The translations under genes were made by a program, and so were the position numbers. This document shows positions 33,825-42,394 of a DNA stretch of 64,000 nucleotides, one piece after another; the first letter of the stretch is position 1, and each line of letters starts with the position of its first letter. The notes beneath the pieces were generated by a model. It searched no databases. It saw only the letters and a program-made list of their open reading frames with translations, and was not told the origin of the DNA. Source of the stretch: an uncultured Verrucomicrobiae bacterium (GTDB lineage: Bacteria; Verrucomicrobiota; Verrucomicrobiia; Chthoniobacterales; JAFAMB01); the NCBI GenBank assembly GCA_963731325.1, contig CAVSUL010000009.1, positions 3,240 to 67,239 on the forward strand, in the 5' to 3' direction.

Positions 33825-35024
33825 CTAAACGGAGTGACCCATCTTTACTCGCTTGGTGTCCAGGTATCGCTCGTTGTGCGGATTGCGCGGAGCAACAATC
33901 GGGATTTGCTCGACGATGTTTAAACCGTACCCTTCCAGCCCAACCACTTTTTTGGGGTTATTGGTCAAAAGTCGCATGTGCCGGACCCCGAGATCAAAGA
34001 GGATCTGTGCGCCGAGTCCGTACTCTCGCAGGTCAGTGGGGTAACCAAGTTTTTCGTTCGCTTCGACCGTATCGAAGCCTTCCTCCTGGAGCTTGTAGGC
34101 CTGGATCTTGGCAGGGAGTCCGATGCCTCTCCCTTCCTGTCGCATGTAGACAAGCACGCCGGCGCCATTTTCCTCAATCATCTGCATCGCGGCATGCAGC
34201 TGATTACCGCAATCGCATCGGCGAGAGCCAAAAACGTCACCGGTCAAGCACTCACTATGCACCCGGACCAAGATAGGATCTTGTTCGCGAATCTGACCCT
34301 TTACCAAAGCGAGGTGATGCACTCCATCAACGATCGAACGGTAAAGATGCAGGTCAAATTCGCCGTAATCCGTGGGGAGCAAAATCGTTTGTTCCCGCTC
34401 GATCAGCTTTTCCCGGGCGCGCCGAAACGCGATCAAGCTCTCGATCGAGCAAATTTTCAGGCCATGTTTCTCTTTAAATTTCAGAAGATCAGGGAGACGT
34501 GCCATGGTTCCGTCGTCATTGACAATCTCGGCCAGGACGCCGGCCAACCGGAGGCCCGCCAGCCTTGCCAGATCGATCGTAGCCTCGGTGTGTCCGGCGC
34601 GACGCAAGACACCGCCATCGCGATAACGCAACGGAAAAACGTGGCCAGGCCGGACTAAGTCGGAGGCCTGCGTCTGAGGATCGGCTAACAAGCGAATCGT
34701 CCTTGAACGATCCGCCGCGGAAATGCCAGTCGTGACTCCTTGCCGGGCGTCAACCGAAACAGTATAGGCGGTCCTCATCGACTCGGTATTGCGCTCTGTC
34801 ATCAGCGGAAGTTCCAAACGATCGAGATCAGTGCCGTCCATAGGTACGCAAAGCACGCCCGAGGTATAGCGAATCATGAAAGTAATCAGTTCAGGCGTCG
34901 CTTTTTCGGCCGCCACGATGAGGTCGCCTTCATTTTCCCGATGCGCGTCATCGGTGACGATGACGAGTCTCCCTACCCGGAATTCTGATAAAACATCTTC
35001 GATCGGATCAAAATGGACTTGCAT
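33825..35024 (-). CDS. ribBA: Bifunctional 3,4-dihydroxy-2-butanone-4-phosphate synthase / GTP cyclohydrolase II
   Basis: The DHBP synthase half has RENEGDLIVAAE and GHTEA. The GCH-II half has VRVHSECLTGDVFGSRRCDCGNQL and RGIG. Confidence 0.95.
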   Translation of the reverse strand: MQVHFDPIEDVLSEFRVGRLVIVTDDAHRENEGDLIVAAEKATPELITFMIRYTSGVLCVPMDGTDLDRLELPLMTERNTESMRTAYTVSVDARQGVTTGISAADRSRTIRLLADPQTQASDLVRPGHVFPLRYRDGGVLRRAGHTEATIDLARLAGLRLAGVLAEIVNDDGTMARLPDLLKFKEKHGLKICSIESLIAFRRAREKLIEREQTILLPTDYGEFDLHLYRSIVDGVHHLALVKGQIREQDPILVRVHSECLTGDVFGSRRCDCGNQLHAAMQMIEENGAGVLVYMRQEGRGIGLPAKIQAYKLQEEGFDTVEANEKLGYPTDLREYGLGAQILFDLGVRHMRLLTNNPKKVVGLEGYGLNIVEQIPIVAPRNPHNERYLDTKRVKMGHSV

Positions 35025-35057
35025 AGTTCGCGATTCCCGGAACGTGAGATAATACAC

Positions 35058-35155
35058 CTGCTCGCGGCGCTCGCGATTGCAAATCGCAGATCGCAAACAG
35101 GCCCGCTTCGTGGCGGGCTCTGGGGGTATTTGCAATCGCGAGCACAGCGAGCAGG
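35058..35155. repeat. ~98-bp nested palindrome in the ribBA / fcl divergent intergenic region
   Basis: Three nested arm pairs are present. They are CCTGCTCGC/GCGAGCAGG, then CTCGCGATTGCAAAT/ATTTGCAATCGCGAG, and the innermost GCCCGC-ttcgtg-GCGGGC. Confidence 0.85.
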
Positions 35156-35193
35156 TTGACCGCAAAGCCGAACCACATTAGCTAACGTCCCTG

Positions 35194-36150
35194 ATGAAAG
35201 CTGATTCGATCTTCGTTGCTGGCCACCAGGGGCTTGCCGGCAGCGCGATCGTAGGAAGTCTGCGAAAGGGTGGTTACCGAAATATCGTCACCCGCACTCG
35301 GCGGGAGTGCGATCTGCGAGACGGTGCAGCGGTAACGCGACTGTTCGAGCAAGCCCGCCCAGACAGCGTCATTCTGGCAGCAGCCAAGGTGGGCGGGATC
35401 AAGGCTAATCGGGATCATCCAGTCGAGTTTCTACTGGAGAATTTGCAAATTCAAAATAACTTGATTGCAACGAGTTTCCGATTTGGGGTAAGCAAGCTTA
35501 TCTTCCTGGGAAGTTCCTGTATTTATCCCAAGTTCGCACCGCAGCCTTTGGCCGAGGATGCCCTGTTGACCGGGCCGCTTGAGCCGTCGAACGAGCCGTA
35601 CGCCATTGCCAAGATTGCCGGCATCAAGCTGTGCGAAGCGTACGCGCGCGAGTACGGCGCTAATTTTATTTCGGCAATGCCAACCAACCTCTATGGTCCA
35701 AACGACAACTATGATCCGAAAAGCTCTCACGTCCTGGCTGCGCTGATCGCCAAGATGCATACTGCCAAAGTGAATGCATCGCCCGCGGTAACCCTCTGGG
35801 GCACTGGACAGCCCCGGCGCGAGTTTCTGCATTCCGATGACTTGGCAGATGCTGTCCTGTTTTTGCTGGAGAACTATGATTCTCCTGAAATAATCAACAT
35901 CGGTTGGGGCGAGGATATTTCGATAAGCGATCTGGCTGTACTGGTCGGCGAGATTATCGGATTTCGAGGTGAACTGCAATTCGACCCGACACAGCCGGAT
36001 GGCACGCCGCGAAAGGTATTGGACACCTCCAAGCTGCGGTTACTAGGTTGGTCTCCGCACATTCCTCTGCCCGAGGGCATCCGTCTCACCTACGAGTCGT
36101 ACCTGTCCTCGGATTGGGCAAAAACTCAAACTGGCGAAAGGGTTCTGTGA
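35194..36150 (+). CDS. fcl: GDP-L-fucose synthase (GDP-4-keto-6-deoxymannose 3,5-epimerase/4-reductase)
   Basis: Family motifs are FVAGHQGLAGSAI, AAAKVGGI, LGSSCIYPK, YAIAKIAG and PTNLYGPNDN. Confidence 0.9.
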   Translation: MKADSIFVAGHQGLAGSAIVGSLRKGGYRNIVTRTRRECDLRDGAAVTRLFEQARPDSVILAAAKVGGIKANRDHPVEFLLENLQIQNNLIATSFRFGVSKLIFLGSSCIYPKFAPQPLAEDALLTGPLEPSNEPYAIAKIAGIKLCEAYAREYGANFISAMPTNLYGPNDNYDPKSSHVLAALIAKMHTAKVNASPAVTLWGTGQPRREFLHSDDLADAVLFLLENYDSPEIINIGWGEDISISDLAVLVGEIIGFRGELQFDPTQPDGTPRKVLDTSKLRLLGWSPHIPLPEGIRLTYESYLSSDWAKTQTGERVL

Positions 36151-36151
36151 T

Positions 36152-36859
36152 ATGGAGTCAGCTGAAGCACGATCGCTGCGGATTGCCATTTCCAGCCATA
36201 GTGGGTGCGGCAACACCACGGCGACCCATAATGTCGGACAAGCTCTGGATTTAAGGGAGGTGAATTTCACCTTTCGCGATCTCGCGAAGGAGCTGGATGT
36301 GCCGTTTGAGGAGATCCAGCGGGAATCGGCGCGCACGAAGATTTTTGATTTTCTGACCGACTTGGAGCTGATCCGCGCTTCGCTGCAGTCGCGTGTTGTT
36401 GTCGGCTCGCGTTTAGCCGCCTGGCTGATGGAAGCTGATCTCCGCGTCTGGTTGCACGCGCCTCTCGAAACCCGCGCCAAACGAATCTATCAACGCGAGC
36501 GCGATCGACATGCGAGCTACGAGTCGGTGCTGTATCACACACTCCTGCGAGACGAGGAAAACCGACAACGCTATCTGCAGGTCTACGGGATCGATATTAA
36601 TGACCGGAGCCACTTCGATATTATCATCAATACGGAATCGATTACCGCGGAGCAGGTATCGAGCTTGATTGTGGCGGCAGCTCAATGGGCCAGCCAGAAT
36701 CAGTTGGACCGGCGAAATGTTCATCTTCAGCGGATTCACCGAATCATTGCCGATGAGCTGGGAGTGGAACCGGCAGTGCTGGGCGATCGCTCGCGGGACT
36801 TTGACGTGGTCGCCGTATACCGCAAGCTCGCACGAGTCGCAGATCGTAGCGCGGCCTAG
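36152..36859 (+). CDS. Cytidylate-kinase-like family protein
   Basis: IAISSHSGCGNTT is a P-loop-like segment without the lysine, as I recall for the cytidylate_kin2-type family. LRVWLHAPLETRAKRI is also present. Confidence 0.5.
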   Translation: MESAEARSLRIAISSHSGCGNTTATHNVGQALDLREVNFTFRDLAKELDVPFEEIQRESARTKIFDFLTDLELIRASLQSRVVVGSRLAAWLMEADLRVWLHAPLETRAKRIYQRERDRHASYESVLYHTLLRDEENRQRYLQVYGIDINDRSHFDIIINTESITAEQVSSLIVAAAQWASQNQLDRRNVHLQRIHRIIADELGVEPAVLGDRSRDFDVVAVYRKLARVADRSAA

Positions 36860-36904
36860 CCGCTGCCATTTCGTCCTCGTGCTCGAACCGGTAGGGAATT
36901 CAGA

Positions 36905-37057
36905 GATTGTCTCGCAACATCGTTCGACGACCGAAGCGAAGGCGGGTCGCACGTACTCCAAGGTGCTCCTGCCCGAACTGCCGCGCGATAGAGTGACAGA
37001 CACTTTGCGAGACAACCGCTTTATCCGATCCTTAGCGAGGACTCGTTTGAGCCGGCG
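36905..37057. repeat. Family B repeat module (full copy), with a degenerate family A right arm
   Basis: CTCCAAGGTGCTCCTGCCCGAACTGCCGCGCGATAGAGTGACAGACACTTTGCGAGACAACCGCTTTATCCGATCCTTAGCGAGGACTCGTTTGAGCCGG is present. Its first half recurs at 21494-21545 and its second half at 43850-43924. Confidence 0.85.
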
Positions 37058-39392
37058 TGATAACCGCTGCGGGTGTGGCCGATTGATCTACCCTGTTCTC
37101 CGCTTCAGCCTGGGGGGCGGGCGAAGAGCTCGGACGATTCTTGTCGACAGGCGGAAGCGTCGCAATAGCGGGCGAACTCGGGCGAGGGGAAGCGCCCTCC
37201 TTTTTCATCACGACCGGCGCGCTCTTCCTTACGGCGCGCTCCATCCGCAGGACTCCGAGAGCGGTCAGGAGCGCGAGGGCAATCACGACCAGGGACACTG
37301 CTCCAAGTCTGACTAATTTCCGCGCGCGTTGTTTTCGGCCAGGCGCACGCTTGAGTGCGGCGGTCGCCGCCTGAGGGTCACTTTGCGGCAGCGGTAGCGA
37401 GTTGCGGTCCGTCAGAGCCGACAGTTGGTCCTCCTGAGCGGTCTGCCGGAGAGAACGCCACCAATCGCCGAAATGAGCGTTGGCGAAACTGAACAACGGC
37501 TGGTGATCGGCGTCGTAGTCACAACGCACATAACCCTCACGTACTAGTCGACGAAGGATTCTGCGGGCGGAAGGCTCTTCTCCGTAGTCTACATTCGACT
37601 CAATGTGGGCGCGGCTGATCGGAAGTGAAATCAAGCAACCCGAGCGCATCCGGACCGCTCGATAAAGAGTGAGGCAAATTGCATCGAGGCGCTCTTGCTC
37701 GCCCAGTTCGAAGCCTAGATAGAGATCCTGGATTTCAAGCTCCAGACAGTCCGCCAAACCTCCAAGATCCTCGATATCTGATTGGTCGAGCGGACGGCGC
37801 GCCTGAGATCGGCGACAGAGCCTGGAAACAAAATGGGCTACCCGAGACAAACGTCCTTCTGTTAGCCTAAGGGGTTCCCCGAACTGGCTGTCAAAATCCA
37901 CCCGGCGATCCAGGCGAACGCCTTGTGAGTTCAGGCAGCAATGGACCATGGCGATCAATTCTTCGGAGCTCGGGTATCCAATTTTCAAAACCTCCGAATG
38001 GGTCAGCAACTCGGTCAGGCCAGGGAACGGCGGCATCTTTCCGTCGCTGTCGAGGCGGATAGTGGTCAGAAGGAAGATGCGTTTCGTTCCGACCAACGCT
38101 AGTAAAGCAGCAAAAAAACCGGCACGGTCGGAGGGGCTGATTGCTTTGGCGTAAAGTTCCTCAAGTTGATCAAAAACCAAGGCAAGGCACGCCTTGAGAG
38201 ACGCATCGGATAACCTCGGCTGCAGTTTTAATTCAGTCGCTTCTCGAAGGCCGGCTTCCGCCATTTGACTCTCTTGGGCATCAAGTTGTCGATCGAGGTC
38301 GTCAGGCGCCAAGTGATCGAGAATGCGTACCAATTCGCCGGCAACTTCCTTCGGATTCTCGGCCAGAGCTGTCCGGAGCTCGCGCCAATTTTTGAAGATC
38401 TGCGATTCGGAGCGCCCGAGCGCAGTATCCTTGAGAATCGCGGCAGCTAAGGCGGCCAAAGGACCCTCGCCAGGGGGCAAGCAGCCGGGCCGAAGGGTCG
38501 CATGGCGCCAGGGACCACAGCCGGGGATCATGTCCGTTTGGGTCAAAAGCGGCAGCACACCCGCGCACACGAACGAGCTCTTGCCTGATCCGGTTGGCCC
38601 GGAAACGACCAGGGACGGACTTCCTTTGGAGTAACCCTCGCGGAGCAAACGAAGGGCCGCGTCGAGTGAATCAACGCGTCCGGCGAACGCTGCCGCGTCT
38701 TCGTAGTCAAAAGGTCGGAGACCTGGCAGTCGTCGAGCGTTGGCAACCCGATTTCGCGTCTGTCGGAAAAGGCGTTTTTCGGCCAGCTGCCGTTGAAAGA
38801 ATGCCAGCAATGCCTGCCGGATGAGGATTTCGAATTCCCCGGCCGAGGAAAAGGCGAGACAAGCTTCCGTAAAGGGGGCGCCGAAGATACCCTGCCAGCG
38901 GCTGAAGAAGCGCTCGGCGGAAGGGTCGGCCGCATGCTTGTTCGAAGGCCGGCGCCGAAAAACCTTGAGCTCGGAACCGCCCAGGAGAAGCCTGCTGGTG
39001 TCCAAGGCCCAGGCAATCTCGTACTCGACCGACGATTCAGGTCTGCTGCCATCAGGTAAGAGATAACGCCGGTCCGGAGGCGCCCCGAAACATTCCGCGA
39101 CTAAAAGGACGGTCAGATCATATTGGCCGGGATTAGGCAAGAACGCAGGAGATAACCCGTCGGCGGCGGTCTTTTCCCAGAAACAAGCGTGCACTATCAA
39201 GGGAACGGAACGCGCCGCCTTTTCGTTCTCGCGTATTCGCTCCGTTGGTTCGAGGCGGCGCAAACGACAGGAGTAGGATGCGATCAACGGGACGCCGCAA
39301 TCGGCCGCGATTGAGCGCAGCACTCGCTCCGTCATTGCTCGTTCTAATTGGGTGTCGGGGGCGGCCGAAACGTATACATCGATGGTGAGCAT
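37032..39392 (-). CDS. STAND-type P-loop NTPase with an N-terminal DUF4062/TIR-like domain and a C-terminal membrane anchor
   Basis: 786 aa, ATG start with GGAG 7 nt upstream. The N-terminal domain has DVYVS..., YDLTVLLVAECFG and SVEYEIAWAL. The linker is LPGLRPFDYEDAAAFAGR. Walker A is SGPTGSGKSS and Walker B-like is LALVFDQLEEL. The TM segment is LVRLGAVSLVVIALALLTALGVL, followed by a P/S/A-rich tail. Confidence 0.75.
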   Translation of the reverse strand: MLTIDVYVSAAPDTQLERAMTERVLRSIAADCGVPLIASYSCRLRRLEPTERIRENEKAARSVPLIVHACFWEKTAADGLSPAFLPNPGQYDLTVLLVAECFGAPPDRRYLLPDGSRPESSVEYEIAWALDTSRLLLGGSELKVFRRRPSNKHAADPSAERFFSRWQGIFGAPFTEACLAFSSAGEFEILIRQALLAFFQRQLAEKRLFRQTRNRVANARRLPGLRPFDYEDAAAFAGRVDSLDAALRLLREGYSKGSPSLVVSGPTGSGKSSFVCAGVLPLLTQTDMIPGCGPWRHATLRPGCLPPGEGPLAALAAAILKDTALGRSESQIFKNWRELRTALAENPKEVAGELVRILDHLAPDDLDRQLDAQESQMAEAGLREATELKLQPRLSDASLKACLALVFDQLEELYAKAISPSDRAGFFAALLALVGTKRIFLLTTIRLDSDGKMPPFPGLTELLTHSEVLKIGYPSSEELIAMVHCCLNSQGVRLDRRVDFDSQFGEPLRLTEGRLSRVAHFVSRLCRRSQARRPLDQSDIEDLGGLADCLELEIQDLYLGFELGEQERLDAICLTLYRAVRMRSGCLISLPISRAHIESNVDYGEEPSARRILRRLVREGYVRCDYDADHQPLFSFANAHFGDWWRSLRQTAQEDQLSALTDRNSLPLPQSDPQAATAALKRAPGRKQRARKLVRLGAVSLVVIALALLTALGVLRMERAVRKSAPVVMKKEGASPRPSSPAIATLPPVDKNRPSSSPAPQAEAENRVDQSATPAAVITPAQTSPR

Positions 39393-39487
39393 GTCTCCAA
39401 TTCTTGCCCGAGTCTCGAGTCCCGATTCCGAGAGAAGCCAATCCTTGCGGAAACGCTTCGGTCACTACAAGCCGTTCTTTAACGATT

Positions 39488-40108
39488 TCAGAGCAAAGCT
39501 TCGGATTGGATAACTCGAACTCCTGCTTTGGCGAGCTCGTCCAATGCGTTCTGTGAATCCTGCGCCTGGAGGTTTACCCCGCGGCAGGCGTCTTCGATGA
39601 CCGCGGTGCGAAAACCGAGACTCACGGCATCCAGCGCCGAGTATTTGACGCAATAATCAGTGGCCAGGCCGCCAATAAAAACCTGCTCGACTTGACGGGA
39701 GCGTAAATAGTTTTCCAGTTCGGTGGACCGGAAGCGCGCGTTATCAAAGAAGGTGCTGTAGCTATCGATCGATGGATCGGTGCCTTTTAGCACTATGTGC
39801 TGAATCTGGCGCTCATCCAGACCCGGGCCAAAATCTGCTCCGGGCGTGTTCTGCACGCAGTGGACCGGCCAGAGAATCTGGGACATCTCCGCTGAATGAA
39901 TAATCTCACCCGCCTCATGCCCCGGATGATTCTTGGCGAAGCTGATGTGGTCGGGAGGATGCCAGTCCTTGGTGGCGACAACTAAGTCAAATCGGCGCAT
40001 CAGCAGATTGATAATTGGAATCGTCTTGTCGCCGTCGGGGACGGCGAGCGCACCGCCGGGAAGAAAATCGTTTTGGAGATCAACTACCACTAAACAATCC
40101 GACGGCAT
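39488..40108 (-). CDS. pncA: Nicotinamidase/pyrazinamidase (isochorismatase family)
   Basis: LVVVDLQNDFLPGGALAV, ATKDWHPPDH and GLATDYCV (the catalytic Cys) are present. Confidence 0.9.
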   Translation of the reverse strand: MPSDCLVVVDLQNDFLPGGALAVPDGDKTIPIINLLMRRFDLVVATKDWHPPDHISFAKNHPGHEAGEIIHSAEMSQILWPVHCVQNTPGADFGPGLDERQIQHIVLKGTDPSIDSYSTFFDNARFRSTELENYLRSRQVEQVFIGGLATDYCVKYSALDAVSLGFRTAVIEDACRGVNLQAQDSQNALDELAKAGVRVIQSEALL

Positions 40109-40161
40109 TGGGTTCTTTCCGCAGGCGATAAGATGCCGCTAGGCAGCGCTGCTGTCTAGGA

Positions 40162-40253
40162 AGCGGTTTGAGCGGCCTGAGCGGTTTGAGCGGCTTGAGC
40201 GGCTTGAGCGGTTTGAGCGGTTTGAGCGGCCTGAGCGGTTTGAGCGGCTTGAG
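40162..40253. repeat. Tandem 9-mer array (AGCGGYYTG) x10
   Basis: The array reads agcggtttg agcggcctg agcggtttg agcggcttg ... It generates a spurious LKPLKPLRPL ORF. Confidence 0.9.
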
Positions 40254-40345
40254 TGTGGAATACGCAATACGCAGTACGCCGACACGCAATACCGCGACGA
40301 CAACAGGTTTCAAATCTCAGCGCTGATCAACTACCCGCCGCCATT

Positions 40346-40381
40346 CAAGCCGCTCACGCCGCTCACACCGCTCAAGCCGCT
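40346..40381. repeat. Inverted 9-mer array (CAAGCCGCT-like) x4, abutting the pncB stop codon
   Basis: The array reads caagccgct cacgccgct cacaccgct caagccgct. It is the reverse complement of the 40162-40253 unit. Confidence 0.9.
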
Positions 40382-41850
40382 CAGTCCCCGGCCTCCCGAC
40401 GTCGCTCTCCATCAACCAGTCGAACCTTCAGTTCATGCAGGCTCCGCTCCAAGCCAACGGGATAGACATGGGGATTGAGCAGACGCTTCACACCGGGCGA
40501 AAATCGCGCGAGATTTTCTGAGGCATGGTCGCGTATTCGGTCAATCGAAGGATTTTCGTACACTAATTCGCCGGCCTTGAAGACGGGAACCAACAAATCG
40601 CGGCCAATAGCCGCCGACGGGATTTTCCGCCGAAGTGTGACATCGGCCACGTCAACGATCGTGTTATCGTCGCCGATTGGTTCGTTTTCGTTGTAAATCA
40701 TATCGGCGAAATATTCGCGATCGAGTTCGAATCGACGGACCTGCAAAAGGCCCGGGTTTGAGATCTTGACCGCTTGATCGGAGAGCTTGACCCGGTATTC
40801 CCAATGGCCAGGCGTTCTTTGAATGGCGCCAAGCTTGTAAACTCCGCCGAGCGCCGGTTGGTCGAACGCGGTGACCAGCTTGGTACCCACTCCCCAAAGA
40901 TCGATCCGGGCTCCCTGCTCGCGCAAACTTCCGATGATATGTTCGTCCAGATCGTTACTTGCGAGAACTCTCGTAGAGCCAAACCCTGCCTGGTCCAGCA
41001 TGTGCCGGGCTTCAATACTTAAGTACGCCAAGTCTCCCGAATCGAGGCGGATTCCGCTGAGTTCCTTACCCGTAGCCCGCAACCGGCGGCCCGCTTCGAT
41101 GGCGTGTTGGACACCGCCCAAAGTGTCATAGGTATCGACAAGAAAGATCGTGTTACCAGGCATAACCTCGGCAAACGCGCAGAAAGCCTCCAGCTCCGTC
41201 GGAAACGCCATAACCCAGCTATGGGCATGCGTTCCGCGCACCGGGATGCCAAACACTTTTCCGGCAAGGACGTTTGAAGTCGCCGCGCAGCCACCAATGT
41301 AGGCGGCCCTGCTGGCGGCCAGTGCACCATCCGGACCGTGCGCCCGACGCAGCCCGAATTCCAAAACAGGCGCGCCTCGCGCGGCCAGACAGACCCGCGC
41401 CGATTTCGTCGCGATCAGTGTCTGGAAATTAATAATATTCAACAGCGCTGTCTCGAGCAGCTGCGCCTGCAGAAGGGTGCCGCTGATGCGAAGAATCGGC
41501 TCCTGGGGGAAAATGACGGTGCCTTCCGGGACAGCGGAAACGTCGCAGCCAAATTGCAAGCGATCCAGATAGTCGAGAAACGACTGGTCGAAAAGAGGCT
41601 GATCGTCCGAGCCGGTCAGCCCAGCTAAATACTCCAGATCATCCGCCGAGAAACGGAATCGTTGCAAGAAGTTGATCGCATCGCCGAGTCCGCAGGCGAT
41701 CGTGTAGCCTCCATTAAAGGGTTGTTGCCGAAAAAAGAGATGGAACGCCGCACGTATCTCCAGCATTCCCTTTTTCCAATAGCCATAAGCCATGGCTAAT
41801 TCGTAAAGGTCGATCAGAAGCGCCGGAGAAAACCGATCGGCCTGCGTCAT
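40381..41850 (-). CDS. pncB: Nicotinate phosphoribosyltransferase
   Basis: 489 aa. [24 protein letters not shown] and [11 protein letters not shown] are conserved NAPRTase motifs. Confidence 0.9.
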   Translation of the reverse strand: MTQADRFSPALLIDLYELAMAYGYWKKGMLEIRAAFHLFFRQQPFNGGYTIACGLGDAINFLQRFRFSADDLEYLAGLTGSDDQPLFDQSFLDYLDRLQFGCDVSAVPEGTVIFPQEPILRISGTLLQAQLLETALLNIINFQTLIATKSARVCLAARGAPVLEFGLRRAHGPDGALAASRAAYIGGCAATSNVLAGKVFGIPVRGTHAHSWVMAFPTELEAFCAFAEVMPGNTIFLVDTYDTLGGVQHAIEAGRRLRATGKELSGIRLDSGDLAYLSIEARHMLDQAGFGSTRVLASNDLDEHIIGSLREQGARIDLWGVGTKLVTAFDQPALGGVYKLGAIQRTPGHWEYRVKLSDQAVKISNPGLLQVRRFELDREYFADMIYNENEPIGDDNTIVDVADVTLRRKIPSAAIGRDLLVPVFKAGELVYENPSIDRIRDHASENLARFSPGVKRLLNPHVYPVGLERSLHELKVRLVDGERRREAGD

Positions 41851-41902
41851 AACGCAGAGTCCTTGGAAACTGGAGCCCGTCGCGAAACGGATCGGGCCGC
41901 GG

Positions 41903-42394
41903 TTACTGCGATGCCGAAGCTGGCTCGCTCGCCCATTTGATAAACTCGCTCGGACCGCCGGCCAGGTAGCCCACTTGGCGTTTCACTTCCTTGCCGGATG
42001 GATCGAGCAAGACGTAGGTAGGAAAACCCTCAATTCCATATTGCTTAGCCAATTCCTTGTTCTGCGCAGTCTCCGCGGGCGACAGCTCCTTGCTTCGCGG
42101 GAAGTCCAGTTTGACCAACACCAAATTTTTCGCCGCATACTCCGAGAATTGTTTCTGTGTGAAGACTTCCTTATCCATCTTCACACAAAAAGGGCACCAA
42201 TCGGAGCCGGTGAAATCGAGCAGAAGCGACTTCTTCCGGCTGGCGGCGTCATTCTTGGCCTGGGTGAAATTGGTTTGCCAGGAGTTTTCATCACCGAAGG
42301 CGTTCTTCACGGCGAATGATCCGCCCAAGGCAGCAACGACGGTGACAACGGAAAGAAGAGAGCGGAGCGAGATTTTCATTTCTATTAGATCCAT
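41903..42394 (-). CDS. Exported thioredoxin-fold protein (CPFC active site)
   Basis: The signal peptide is [45 protein letters not shown] and GFPTYVLLD follow. The ATG overlaps the PafA-like stop as TGATG. Confidence 0.8.
   Translation of the reverse strand: MDLIEMKISLRSLLSVVTVVAALGGSFAVKNAFGDENSWQTNFTQAKNDAASRKKSLLLDFTGSDWCPFCVKMDKEVFTQKQFSEYAAKNLVLVKLDFPRSKELSPAETAQNKELAKQYGIEGFPTYVLLDPSGKEVKRQVGYLAGGPSEFIKWASEPASASQ

Noticed and set aside
40080-40313. 77-aa ORF with LKPLKPLRPLKPLKPL repeats.
   Set aside because: It is a direct translation of the 9-mer tandem array between pncB and pncA. It has no independent coding signal.
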